Assembly: GCA_029717555.1 (NCBI GenBank)
Contig: JAMDHS010000064.1
Span: forward strand, 1-64,000
DNA: 64,000 nucleotides
Direction: 5' to 3'
Source of the DNA: Peribolospora baueri
Taxonomy: Eukaryota
The notes beneath the pieces were generated by a model. The model was given only the letters and a program-made list of their open reading frames with translations, searched no databases and had not been told where the DNA came from. Below, piece by piece: positions 51,937-64,000 of this stretch; the first letter of the stretch is position 1, and every line of letters begins with the position of its first letter. A program made the translations under genes and the position numbers.

Positions 51937-52991
51937 CTAGATCTTGGCCGCCTCCTTGGTGGTGGTGGCGGTAAGAGCGGCTGCTGGTGAGGCAGGAACG
52001 GCGCCCAGCTTCCGCTGGTGGCTGCAGGGGCGAGACGACGATGTGGTGTAAGACAGGCGTCGAGGAAGACAAGGGTAAAGGTCAGACTACTCACTCCCAG
52101 ATGCGGTAGAGCTGCGCCAGACCAGTCGAGCCGACGAAGAAGTTGACCTGACGTGATGAGGTGGAACGGCAGAAGAGAGGAGAATAGAAACCAAGATACG
52201 TCTGAGATACGTCAAAGAAGCGCTGTGTCGTGTAGAAATGACTACTCACGGCTGCAAGAGAATAGTTGACGGGTGTGATGACGAGCGAATAGCGCACCCA
52301 GATGAAGCCCGTGCAGCTCAGAGCTTGAAACACCGACAATAAAGGTACATCACAGGAAGAGATGAGCTTGAACCCGACGCTCGAAAGAAGGATCAAATTC
52401 TCAACGGGGACTCGGTGGCCACGACGCTCACCGACGTTCTGCGACACGCTCAATTTGTCGGCCGGTCGACTGAGATCCTTGACACCGGCAAGGACAAGGC
52501 ACCATTTCATGAGAGGAGCCCTAGGACGAGCAGACCGGGCCAAGGAGGTGAGATATAGTGTCAAGATGCGAAGACGCTACGGAGGGAGAGAGGTAGTGGC
52601 TCACCAGAAGAAGACGGTCCTGAGCAATGTTCGCCGAAGGAAATGAGAATGATGAGGGAAGGGATAAGCCTCTGCAGTTCCCTTCTAAAAACGACTTCGA
52701 TAGGGCGGTCGCCCAGCCAGAAAAGCTCACTTAGGACCTGGGACGAGAAAGGGAAAGACAACACGAGAACGTATCGAGTCCAAAAAGCCCCACGGGTGAG
52801 TTAAAAGCTCTCAAGCAGCGCAGACAACTGGTGCAGCTCCGTAGGCATTGATGGCGAAGCTCGGGCCTCCACAACCCTCCACAACGACGTCCGACCTGCA
52901 GATGTAGACATCTCGCCATGCCCTGCGCGCACTCACCAGCTGGGTGGTTCAAGAATGCCTGGAACTTGCTCGACCCCGCTGCGGACGCCAT
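51937..52991 (-). CDS. MPC2: Mitochondrial pyruvate carrier subunit (MPC2-type), 7 exons
   Basis: Spliced FLNHPAGPKTVFFWAPLMKWCLVLAGVKDLSRPADKLSVSQNVALSCTGFIWVRYSLVITPVNYSLAAVNFFVGSTGLAQLYRIWD. Confidence 0.93.
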
Positions 52992-53728
52992 GTTGAAGGA
53001 CAGACGGATTGTGTGGGAGTGTTGCAAGCGAGCGTAAACGAGAAAGATGACAGACGTTGGCAATGTGCGGAAGATGATGCTAACGCCGAGTTAGGCTCGC
53101 GTGCTTGCACCCGAGCAGCGGCTGCGGCGCCCGGACGTAGGCGGCGATGCGACCCAATTGGGGTTTCCTATGGGTGCACGTGACGGGCGTCACCGTGAGG
53201 ATCACTGTTAGTAGGGTTGTTGGGGAACTTGACAGGCCCTTCCCTGCAGCTTGTAAATTTCGTTGCTGGCCACTCCGGTCGCAACGATCCTTTCTGGCCT
53301 TGTTGTCATGAAACTGACGATTCCGTCCTTGATATCCACCTTCACTCGGTGCGAGACCGGCGATCCGATTCATAGGAAGTGAGGAAGCCTTTGTCGTCTA
53401 CCGTCACCTGAACGTTTATCTGAGTACCCATAGGCCTCAGCGACCCTTCCGTAAAGGCCATTTGCTGAAATCGAAGCGAACGCGCTACAAGCACCCTTTC
53501 CTTCTTCCTTTGCATTCGACTCAACGACAAGTTTCCCTGGCGTTGTGCAAAGGCATACCCCGCAAGACCGTATATAGATCAACTTGTCTCCTTTTCGGAC
53601 GCATAACGGCCCTTTCTTCGGCGGAAAAAATGGAAAGCCTGAGGGCGAAAGAGGGGTATGTATGGTCGGGAGGTTCATCGCAATAAGAGATACAGACAGA
53701 CGACGACATCACGCCCGCCGTCGCTTCT

Positions 53729-56387
53729 CTAGGCTAAGCTGGCCAAAGCACTCAAGAAAGCGCTCGGTGCGACGATCTCAGTGCTGCCATAGGTGATGGT
53801 CTTTGGCGCCCCGCCGGCTCCAGAGCTAGACACGGACGCCCTTGCGGCGTACTCTTGCAGGTTGCTGTACTCCACGTATCCGCCCCCGCCCACGACGAAG
53901 ACGATGGCCTCCTGGTATGCCTGTCGGTTCCTCGCACCACCGCCACCGCCCGTGCCCGTTCGACCTCCTACTGCCGAGGCGCTACCCCGAGTCTGCCGAG
54001 GGTCGAAGAACAAGTAGTCGTCCGTGTCTTGCAAGGCCTGCGTGGAGGCGGTGGCGGGGTCCATGAGCGAAGCGACGAGCCTTGTGACAGCCAGGTCCTT
54101 CTGTGCGGGCAAGAAGTTCTTAACGCCGGAGATCAGGTTGTCAAAGCCTCCTTCCTTCAATCGGTCCGTGAGACGGTTGCTCAGCGAGCTGAAGCCGCGG
54201 AAGAGCTCGCCACCTGATGTGGAGATCGGTGCCGCTGCTGGCGCAGCGGCGAGCATCGTCATGCGAGTAAACTCTCGGACCCTGTTTGGAGGCAAGACAA
54301 GAAAGAAACGAGCGGTCATCAGACACGCGTGTAGGAAAAGGAGGGGAGGGGGATTCGTCGCCCAAATGGTCGAGCATCTACAGAAAAGAAAAGCAAGCTT
54401 ACTTCTTGGCATATTGCAAAGCCTTCAAATCCGCCCCCTGCTCGCTCAACACCCGCTCCAACTCTCTCAAATCCTCCTTGGATAGCGCGCTATCGGGTGC
54501 GGAAAGGTAGTAGATGATGAGCAACCGAAGCTTATCCTCGGGCTTGCTGATCTCCTGGTCCTTAATCGTCTCGAGCATGGTCGCCTTGTTCTGCTTTGTG
54601 ATCGACTCCTCAAGCTGGAAGAGCGTATCAAGGCCTCGAGCCTTGATACCCTGAAGGAGGGCCGTGGCGATGTTCATGTGCGTATCCAGTGTCTGCTTTC
54701 GAGCCGTCAGCTCAGGAAGCGCCGTGATCGCAGCTTTAAGGTGTGCCGCGTTGGAGCCAAAATCCCTGGTGGCCAAAATCAAAGTGCGATCCAAGGTAAG
54801 TAAAGCGCGAAGTACGATCGAGTAGGATAGGTTTGAGACGAAACTGACAGTTGGCTGACATCGTTCATATCGCTCACGCCAGTCGTTCTCGTAATCTCCG
54901 CCGCATCCTGTTTGTACTTATTCAGCTCCGTGTCGATGTTCTCCGCCACCTGAGGGAACGGGCTGGATGCGTTCTTGGCCCAGAAAAAATCCTTCGAGTC
55001 GAGGTCATAGGATCGTTTCTGCAGTTTGCCGGCCTCAGGAGCTTCGACGGTGACCCGATTAAGCGACATCTCCAGGACGTCATGCACGAGGGCTTGGTAC
55101 GTCCAGGAGTGGGAGAGCATAGGGACGAGATCGACGTTCCGGTCGAGAATAACGAGAACTGTCGGGACGGCAAGATGTGAGACATAGCCGGGAAAGGGTA
55201 TCAGTGGGCTGGCACAATTGACGGCAAGATGAGCGTCGGTAGAACTCACGTGGTCGTTGACCGCCGAAACCGTGGCTCTCGTCCGTAAACAAGTTCTCTC
55301 GCCCTCGCGAGCCCAACACATGGTCCCGCAGACGGCCATCCAGCTTGCGTGCGACCATCTCCGCTGCGTTCCCTCGAGGCGAACGGATGATTGGCATTCG
55401 GCCTAGATGCAGGAAGTCGAAGACGGTAATGAGCATAAGATCATAATGAGCTTTCAAAGGCTAGAGCAGAGTACTTACCCATCGTTGCGACGACGCTAAA
55501 TAATCCTTTCGCAATACGATCCACCTCATCCTCAATAATCTGCTCATCCGCCTTGGGATCATTAAGCCTCTCGTACGTTGTCCTCCCCTCCTGTCCCGCA
55601 TCGACCGCCTGCAGGTCCCCCTTCAGGACGAGCGACGCCGCACCCGTCCCGCTCTTCCACGGAGAGACGAGGCTAAAAAGCTGAGACTCAAGAACGACAT
55701 AGTCAAGGTACTGATCATACACCTGCTCCACGAGGTCGGCCGTGCCGTCTTTTGCGACGAGAGAAGCGAACTCTTCCAGGACAGAGCGGGGGATGGCGGA
55801 GGTGAAGTTGATGTAAAACGATTCATAGAGAGGTTTGGCAACGTCCTGAAAAAGGGAAAAGACAAAGACAGAACGAGTATATGAGCTTGAAGAACAATAG
55901 GAGAAGACGCTCCTTCACAGCCTCACTTGTGCGATTCGCTTGACGTTGTCCAACGTCGGAGACACAAAGTAGATAGCAGGGACGTCCGGCAAAGCGGGGC
56001 GATCCGAATGCAGCTGCCTATATAAATCAAAAAGAATGGCGAGCAGTCATTCGAACCAGCGTCGGAGACACAATTCGAACTGAGGAAAGTGGGCCGCCTG
56101 CTGGCTCACATGTGCAACGTGACGCCCTGCTCCCTCAAATCCTGCACCTTCAAGCTAGTCGCAAGCACATCCTGACTGGCCTTATCAAGTATGAGCACCT
56201 TCCACACGGGCGGGCCACTAGGTGTCGCTGTGGACACGTCTTTCTCCGCGGAAGAAGCGGGGGGCTTGGCAAGACTAGAGGACGAAGCGGAAGAGGAGGG
56301 CTGATTGAGGTTGAGAAGATTGAGGAGCGAAGACTGCTGGGCGTCGCGCAAGGTCGGCTTTCCCTGGGTAGCCTGCATGGCGGCCAT
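53729..56387 (-). CDS. SLY1: Sly1, Sec1/Munc18-family ER-Golgi vesicle protein, multi-exon
   Basis: [105 protein letters not shown] and [20 protein letters not shown]. Confidence 0.95.
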
Positions 56388-57120
56388 GCTGAACGAGCTG
56401 ACGAACGCAAATTGCTCGTCCGAATGTCGAGCCGTACGTTGCTGGTTGGGAGGACAGACTGCGACGGCGACTGACGCGAACCAGAAGAAGCTGGAGCTGG
56501 CACTCGGCAACGACACAAGCACGTGACTGGATCGATCGTCCCCCCAACTCCGGCCCGTGGGAAGAAGCTCGTGATAGGAGATGGCCAGGCTGCTCCCTGG
56601 ACGCTCATGCTCTCTCTCCACTGCCGTTTTTTCCACTTAGTGCGTCCTGGGGAAGCCATCGCTACCTCGTCCTTCGTTGGCTCGCAAGCGTCTCTCCAAG
56701 AGAGAATACAAAGCTCCTGTTTGATGGTTGACTGCGGGACGAGCGATCCTTCAGGGCCGTCCGTCTCGGGCACCCCCCAATCTCGCCTCTCACATGGCAG
56801 TGCTCGCATCTTTCGCATGTCGTGCCGCTGCGACGGCGAAAGAGGGCGGTGTCAGCTTGGTTAGGAAGGCCGAGCGCCGGGGCGACTGAGGCAGGAAAGG
56901 AGCCGTAACTTCCTTCTCTGGGCGTCCTCCTTACCAGAACGTTGACCATCTGCCTCAGCCTCTACCGCGGGAGGCACGTGCGTATGACGTATCCTACAGG
57001 CCCGCTACGGACGCCGATCGTGCCTGCCGCAGCACCAATGCATCTCCGCTTCCATGGGGCGCACCTTCGACGTCCTCCTACACCGCTGTACACCAGTTGC
57101 AGCTTCGACGCCTCATCGTG

Positions 57121-59747
57121 ATGAAGATTCTCCAGGGATGTCTGTGCCTTGTGCTTACAGCGCAATTGGCTCTTGCTGACGGCCTGGGTGGGTGTCCAGC
57201 GAACCGGTCGTTTGAAAGTGGAAGCGACACAGAAGATGCTCATGACTCTGGCTCTCTCATTCTCCTTCTCCCCGCAGGCTTCTACCAAGGTCCACTGCAA
57301 CAGAACGGCCAGTTCCCCTTCATCCCCGGCCCCGCTCGAGTGTCTCCTTCAGTTGGCCATCAGCCATACAAGCGTGTAGCCATTGTAGGCGCCGGCGCCG
57401 GTGGCACTTCGGCTGCCTATTTCCTCTCTAAGGCCAACCAGCCCCTTCCTGAAGATCGTCAGCTGGAGATTACCTTGTATGAGAAGGAAGAGGGCAGGAT
57501 TGGGGGAAGGACTGGCGTAGTATATCCCTACGGAAAGGAGGGAGAGAAGAAGGGGCTTCGCCCGATCGAGCTCGGGGCAAGCATCTTCGTGGAGGTCAAC
57601 AGGAATCTCTGGAGGGCCGCACAGGTGAGCGACGAGGAGAAAGAGAGGCAAAGCCATGCCGATGAATTCCTGCGTACGCTATTTGCTCATACTGTTGCAT
57701 CACATATTGCTCTTTGCGCTTGTCCGCGCTCCTAGGACTTTAATCTAACTATCACCTCGCGCGGAATCGACGAGCCCGATAGTCTTATGGGCGTCTGGGA
57801 CGGCTCCCAGTTCGTCTATGAGGAGACCGGAGGGCTCGGCTGGTGGGACAGTGAGTTGCCTGCAACTGTTACCCTTATTACGAGACAGACAGCGTGGGGA
57901 GGCTCATCCTTGCTCTGAACTTCCAGTGGGCAAGCTTTTCTGGCGATACGGTTACTCGCCTGTGACGACGCGCAATCTGTAAGCTTCTGAGCTTATGATG
58001 TCTGTCCGTATTGTCGAACATGCTAGAGCTTATTCTGGCGCTGTTTTTTCAATTGTTTGACCTTGTCCATTACAGCGTCAAAGGCCTCACCGATGCCTTC
58101 CTGTCCCTTTACAAGCCTTCCTTCGTGCACAAGCGTTCCAAGCCACACTTTCCTTGGAACACAGTCGAGGACTTTGCCGAAGCACTCAACTTTACGGAAC
58201 TTTACAGACGACAGGCGCAGAACTGGCTATATGAAAACAGCGTCTCGATCCTTTTCATTGAGGAGATCATTGAGGCAGCGACTAGGTGAGGCCGGTCAGT
58301 TTCTGGAGTGTGTTTCTGCGCTGGCTTGAAGTGAATCTGTATTCCCTTCCCTCGCATCCAATGTCAGGGTTAACTACGCCACGAACGTCGACGTGATCCA
58401 CGCCATGGGCGGCATGGTCTCTATGGCCGCCAGTGGCGCCTCGGCCGTCGCGGAAGGCAACTACCGCATCTTCGAGGAGATGCTCGTCCGCTCCGGCTCC
58501 AAGGTGCGCTTTGGACTCGACGGCGAGGTCACGGGTCTCATCAAATTCCCTTCCATCAAGGCTGCCTACGCTGCGGGCAAAGCGAGCCGCGCCGAGCTGC
58601 AAGCGGCGGAAATGGCGGCGAAGCGGTCGGGCGACATGAGGTGTTTGGAGGCGGAGCCTAGGTGGTGGGTCGGCACGCGAAGCGGGCGCGGAGGAGCTCT
58701 TTACGACGCGGTCGTGCTGGCGACGCCGTGGCACAACTCCGGGATCACGCTGCTCAACTCGCACGCGAACATCCCCGTCTACCCTTTCGTCCACCTTCAC
58801 GTCACTCTCCTCGTCACCAACGCTTCCGCTCCGCAACCGGAGTACTTCGGTCTTAGCAAGAAGACCGCGGTGCCAAAGACGGTTCTGACGACTTATGAGA
58901 GAATGAGGCGTCATGACGGGAAGGCTAAGGAAAAGGAGACAGAGGAGGATGGAGGTGTTGAAGCGAATAAGAACGCGGACCCAGTGCTCGAGTTCAACTC
59001 TTTGAACTAGTGAGCTCTTCTTAGTCGCTGTTCCTTTACTCCCAGCCCTCTCACTGCTGATCGGTTTCTCCCTCGGCTTCACACCTGTACCAGCCTCGTT
59101 GAGCTTCCGCGTGGTTGGAACACCACCATCGACGGGGGCACATCCACGCTTCCGAAAGGAAAACTGCCATGGTGGCGACGAGTGTTCGGCAGGGGCAAGA
59201 CGAAAGGCTCCACGCCGGCCGACGCGAGCGCCGCTGCTGCGGAGCACGTTGTAAAAATCTTCTCTCCCGAGCGCATCTCGGATGAGAAACTGGTGGACCT
59301 CTTTGGCGAGGGAAATGTGCTTTGGACGTTGAGGAAGGAGTGGGACAGTTATCCCAAGTGAGTCTGATTGCTGCGGGCCGACTCGATTCATCTCGTCTTC
59401 GCATTCGAGGGCGCCAACGTTGAAGCCTTCGCTCTCTTGCCCGCCCGGCCTGCGTCGTATCGCATAACAGACTGCTCCCAACGACCACCTTTGCTCCTCT
59501 CGTCCCAGACGAGAACCTCTACTTCGTCAACGCGCTGGAAAGACTGGTGTCGACGATGGAGACCGAGACCGTGTCGGCTCGGAACGTGGCCGGCTTGATG
59601 CTCAAGAAATGGTTCGGAGAGGAATTCGTACACGGTGGGCCTGAGTGTCGATGGGACGGAGACGAAGAGAGGGAGGACTGGGCGGGTTGGGGGTGTGCGG
59701 GAAGAAGTAAGGATGTCGTCGATAAGGGGAGGGGGGGGGTGCGTTGA
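57121..59747 (+). CDS. Prenylcysteine oxidase/lyase-like FAD oxidase with a signal peptide, multi-exon
   Basis: Signal peptide, RVAIVGAGAGGTSAAYFL, IELGASIFVEVNRNL, GVWDGSQFV, EAATRVNY, VAEGNYRIFEEM, YDAVVLATP, FVHLHVTL, VVKIFSPE and YFVNALE..STMETETVSARNVA. Confidence 0.9.
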
Positions 59748-60083
59748 GAGACTGCGTCGACCTGCGTTTTTCTTTCTGTCCGTATGTTTGTTTCTTCTTT
59801 CGTTCGTCTGTCCGTCACATCGCACGCCCTGCACGACCTTTTACGAGCCGGTGGAGTAATGTGTTTTCCTACTTGTCGCATGTCATGATGGTCGAAGGGA
59901 CAGCTAAGTGGTATCTGAGTGTGGTCGCAATGAGCGATATCTCTTGCGTGATCGGGCTGATCGGATCCTCGGCGAGCTCACATGCGCCGATCGAGTGCTA
60001 CTCGAGTGGTAACAGACGGGCGACGTCCCGCGAGGCCTTTCTTCTCGCGACCTTGGATCGTGCTTTCTTGCGTCCGCCTTTCC

Positions 60084-62093
60084 ATGTCAGCTCCCTCGCT
60101 CCGCCTTCGCTCCCTCGCAAACCATCTCCGTCTCTCTAGTCAGCACCGCTTCGCAAGGTCAGTCGCCGCGCCGGTACCATCAGGGCCAGCAACGCTTCGC
60201 CAGCCCCTCCTCGCCATGTCCGCCTCGACGACCGCGACCGACGCTCCGCCAAGGTTCGAAAGGAGCGCGGTGCCAAAGAAGAACCCTTTAGGGGAAGGAA
60301 AATATGTAAAGACGGCCGCGTGTTTGATCATCGGTGACGAGGTGCTGAACGGCAAGACGAAGGACACGAGTGAGTGGCCGCGCGGTGCGGTGTTTCGGGG
60401 GTGGGGAACTCGGGGGACTCGAGGGAGGAAGCGCAGCGGGTCTTGTCGTCGTTCGGCGCCGTCGTATGCTCGTCGTTCACGCTCGCTCCACCTGCGCCGC
60501 TTCTGATCACCACTTTACAGACTCCAATTTTTTCGCCAAGTTTTGTTTCGACCTCGGGTGAGCGCTCACAGGTCGCTAGAAAGGCGAGGTGAGGCAAGGA
60601 ACGAGAGCGCGTGCTCATCCGTTCCGCCCGTCCCGGTCGTGTGCGGCCCGCGGGCGCACGTCGCGGTTTTTAGAATCGAGTTGAAGCGCATAGAGGTGAT
60701 CGCGGACGATGAGGACGAAATGTGAGTAGAATACCGATCCCTTTCATCGCTCCCGAGCGAGCCTGCCATTCTCGCTTCCGCTTTCCCGTCGTCCTGGTGT
60801 GGAGGTCACTGACGTCGTCTTTTTCGGCGCCAATGCAACCTGGCTTGTACGCTTGCAGCGCCGAAGCTGCGAGGCGCATGGTTCAGAACTATGACTTTGT
60901 GGTCACTTCGGGAGGGTGAGTAACGCGAGGAGCGCGCGAGGAGCGACGAGCAAGCTGCTGACGACGGACGGCCGTCTATTCTTTGGACCTTTTCTACTCC
61001 GAACGCCCGCCCCTCGGCGCAGAATTGGGTGAGTGGAGAAGGTGATGCGGCTCTTCGGATCTCGAGGGAGAGACGGGCTGATCTTCTTCCGCCTTGGCCG
61101 ACAGCCCGACGCACGACGACATAACATACGAATCCTTGGCCAAGGCTTTTGACCAGATGCCTCTGGAGTACAACGAAGAAACGTTGCGACGGATGGGCGT
61201 GATGATCTCGCATCGGTACAAGGAACTGGGCGAGCAGACGGGGGAGCAGGCGACGGCACGCAAGGTGGGCTCGCTGTTTCCGTGCCCAGAACGTCCGAAC
61301 GGCATCGGTTGTGGGCTAAATTTTGGTTTTGCGATTCATGGCTTCGTTGTCTGTTGGCGTTCGGACGATAGCGCATGGCTCTATTCCCGAAGGTGAGCCG
61401 TCCGCCTAAGAAAGGCATGATGAGCTGCTCGCCGACATGCTAAGCGAAGCTGTTGCGATCCCCTTCACCACGGCCCGCTGTTTCAGAACGCCGAAGTGCT
61501 ATTCGTGTCTCCCGAACTATGGGTGCCGGTGGTGCGCCTGAGGGGAAAGCTGTGCATCCTGCCCGGTGTTCCGTCTCTCTTCACGCGCCTGCTCACCGAC
61601 CTGACGCCTTACATCCCCCTCCAACCGGGGGGTATGAAGCCGTTCCGGAGGCTCATCCACACTGACCTTCCGGAGAGCAACATTGCGCCGTTTTTGGGGG
61701 CTTTGCAGGAGAGGGTGAAGAAGGAGGGCGTGAGAGGTGTGTGGACGTTTCGTTTCATTCGTCCGTTTGGGAGAAGTGGATGCTGACTCGAGCGCTCTTC
61801 TGCTTGTGATGTTCGCCCGTCGTGGCCGACAGTGGGCAGCTATCCCAAGATGTATCGAGGAGGTGAGCGTGTCGGGTCGGGAAGAACGAGGTGCCTTGGA
61901 CGCTGGAGCGAAGCGGAGCTGACGCATCCCATCCCGTCCCTGTCGTCCCGCACGGCGCACGCACGCAGTCGAGGTCTCGCTCATCGGGCACAACGACGAG
62001 AGGCTACGCGAGCTGGAGGCGGAGGTGGTGAAGGAGCTCAACGGCATCGTCGTCGCGGCCGGCAAGGTCGGGGAAGAGAAGGCGGCGCATTGA
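60084..62093 (+). CDS. Molybdopterin-binding (MoCF/CinA-like) domain protein, similar to FAD pyrophosphatase Fpy1, multi-exon
   Basis: [88 protein letters not shown] and VGSYP. Confidence 0.9.
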
Positions 62094-62309
62094 GGTGCGC
62101 TGCAAAGTGCGTGGAGAGAGGAAGAGGGAAGAGGGAAGAAGAAAGAGGGGAAGTACGGTCGCCTCGCAGACGCGGATGTGACCTTATCGACGCTTCCATG
62201 ACGCGTCGCGTGTCGTCATGCTGGGGCCCGAGGGCGGGGCGAGTGACCGAGTACGGTCGACACGCCGACGGGTCGATTCCAGGAAGGAATAAACGAGCGG
62301 GCGGGCGAG

Positions 62310-62382
62310 CGAAGGAAGGAATGAATGAACGCACGAAAGAACGAATGAGCGAGCGAGCGAACGAAGGAAGGAAGGAATGAAC
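62310..62382. repeat. Degenerate GAAN/GAGC tetranucleotide microsatellite
   Basis: gaag gaat gaat gaac gcac gaaa gaac gaat gagc gagc gagc gaac gaag gaag gaag gaat gaac. Confidence 0.75.
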
Positions 62383-63644
62383 TAGGAAAGGCTCGCTCGG
62401 ACCGGGCGCGCTTCCTTTTCGGGCAGGCCCGTTCCCGGCCAGACATTGTCTCTGGCTCGAGAAGGATGTTTGGGTCGGTCGGTCGGAGCACACGCGTCGG
62501 GCGTGCGTTGTGCCAGGATCGGTCGGCGTGTTCCCGCCGGACATGAGCGAGAAGAGTGATGTTTTCTTATGGAACGGCGGGAGCTTGCATAGATTGTATT
62601 GCATTGCATTGCATTGCGGGATGGTCTGCGCTGCGCAGACATTGCGCAGCACGGCAGGTACGCCGCGGACCTGCGTCGTCGTCATCGTTATCGTCGTCGT
62701 CGACCGAGGACGAGACGGAGGGACGACGACGGATCTCGGTCGCCGTCGTGCTCACCATCCCATCCTATCACCAAATGGATGCAACGCGATCGAGCAATGG
62801 CCGCCTCCATTCTTTCCTTCCATTTTTGCAAGCCGCCAGCAACTGCGGCAGGCTGCGGGGGGAATGGCGATGATGGAATAATGCGGCAGAGTTCGAAGTG
62901 GGTTGGACCCGAGGCTTAGGCCAGACATTCGTTCCGAACTGGGGTCGTCGTTCGCGCTCCTCGCCGAGATTAGCGTCGACGACGACGACGATGGCGAGCA
63001 CAGATTAGATGGCAAGGCAAGGCAAGGAGGACCAGCTCGCGCGGATCGTCGTCGTTTGTCGTCAGACTCGGTCAGCTGTTTCTCCTATGCGCTAACCATC
63101 TCATTCGCGCCCTCCGCCGGCGTCTCTAGCTCCATCGTCCTGTCGACTCGTCTCCTCTCCCTCCTCCGCTCACCTTCTCTCTTGCTCACCCACCAGCCGG
63201 CCAAGCCCCTCGTGGATGACCCCGACGGGCCGGACCGGACGGCGCCGACGGACGGACAGACACAGGGAAGGAGGGCGACCGCCACTGCCGCCGGCACCGT
63301 CCAACGCGTTCACGCCGACGGTCCCCTTCTTGCCCTGCCTTTCTGTGCGTTCCCTCCTCCCCGGTCCCCTCTTAACACCACCCCTTCGTTCTCGCCTCCT
63401 CCCTTTCCTCCTTCCAGCCACGTCCGACCGCCATCGCCGGCCTTCCCCTGCTTTGTCCTCCTCCTACCCCCCGTTCAACCCGACCGTAGAGCTGGTCCTC
63501 ACACCCGCATCCTTTCTTTCCATATCACCGCCGCGCCTGCCGCGCCGCTCACATCTTCTCTCTTCTTCTCTCCATTCCTCTCCATCCATCTCGTCACTGT
63601 CCCTAGATCCTCACCCTCGCCCTCGACTCCGCCACTGACTCACG

Positions 63645-64000
63645 ATGACGCGCGTCCTCTCCCCCTTCCTCGTCGCCCTCGGCGCTCTCCTCTTCCTCAC
63701 CCTCGCCGCCCCCCAAGCTCAGGCGCAAGCCCAAGCGGCCGTCGCAGAGCCCCGCGGCCTGCCCGTCGACTTCCGCGACGTAGACGCGGACGACTCGTGG
63801 ATCTCTGAGCGCCGTCGCGCCCGCACCGCCGGAGGCTACGATTACGCCACCGACGACCGTCTGCCCGCCAGCATGAGGCGCTCCAGCGTCGACGGCGGCC
63901 TCGCCGATCTGCCCTCTGCCAGCGGTCTTGCCGCCCGCCAAGGTGGCGATTCCTTCTCCGTAAAGCGCCACCACCACCACCACCACCAATCCCCGCCCGT
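63645..64000 (+). CDS. 5' part of a secreted protein, truncated by the window end
   Basis: Open frame MTRVLSPFLVALGALLFLTLAAPQAQAQAQ..ERRR..MRR..VKRHHHHHHQSPP with a signal peptide, a CT-rich upstream region and no stop before the window end. Confidence 0.75.
   Translation, partial: MTRVLSPFLVALGALLFLTLAAPQAQAQAQAAVAEPRGLPVDFRDVDADDSWISERRRARTAGGYDYATDDRLPASMRRSSVDGGLADLPSASGLAARQGGDSFSVKRHHHHHHQSPP

Noticed and set aside
47611..62093. Possible metabolic gene cluster (phosphatase, MBL hydrolase, MPC, oxidase, MoCF protein)
   Set aside because: The functions are unrelated housekeeping ones, SLY1 is interspersed, and there is no backbone enzyme or cluster regulator.
62903..63808. 301-aa plus-strand ORF
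   Set aside because: It is a non-ATG, Pro/Ser-rich translation of CT-rich promoter/5'UTR sequence. The credible frame starts at 63645.
1..64000. CRISPR arrays, prokaryotic operons, tRNA/rRNA genes and intact transposons
   Set aside because: The window is spliceosomal-intron-rich fungal DNA. I saw no repeat-spacer array, cloverleaf, rRNA, reverse transcriptase or transposase motif.

Overview
A GC-rich, intron-dense eukaryotic window. The donors are GTGAG/GTAAG/GTGCG, the branch sites are CTGAC-like, the acceptors are YAG and most introns are 50-200 nt, which fits a basidiomycete fungus. Manual splicing supports about 22 protein-coding genes. In order they are: acetoacetyl-CoA synthetase, a 1629-aa disordered protein, a Cys-rich GPI-type protein, Iwr1, an OPT transporter, Trm140, Sts1/Cut8, Tim21, a small mitochondrial protein, an ankyrin+DIL protein, Rrp15, an HSL-type hydrolase, a 97-aa microprotein, an RnpA-like protein, an Ssk2-type MAPKKK, a histidine phosphatase, a PhnP-like MBL hydrolase, Mpc2, Sly1, prenylcysteine oxidase, a MoCF/CinA-domain protein and a truncated secreted protein. 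No tRNA, rRNA, CRISPR array or intact transposon was recognised. The most notable observation is a three-exon nuclear gene (40530-41777, minus strand) encoding a bacterial-type RNase P protein (RnpA)-like fold with a presequence-like N-terminus, a candidate mitochondrial RNase P subunit. There are also several 6-15 nt micro-exons. All family calls come from motif recognition by eye, not database searches, and exon boundaries are inferred.
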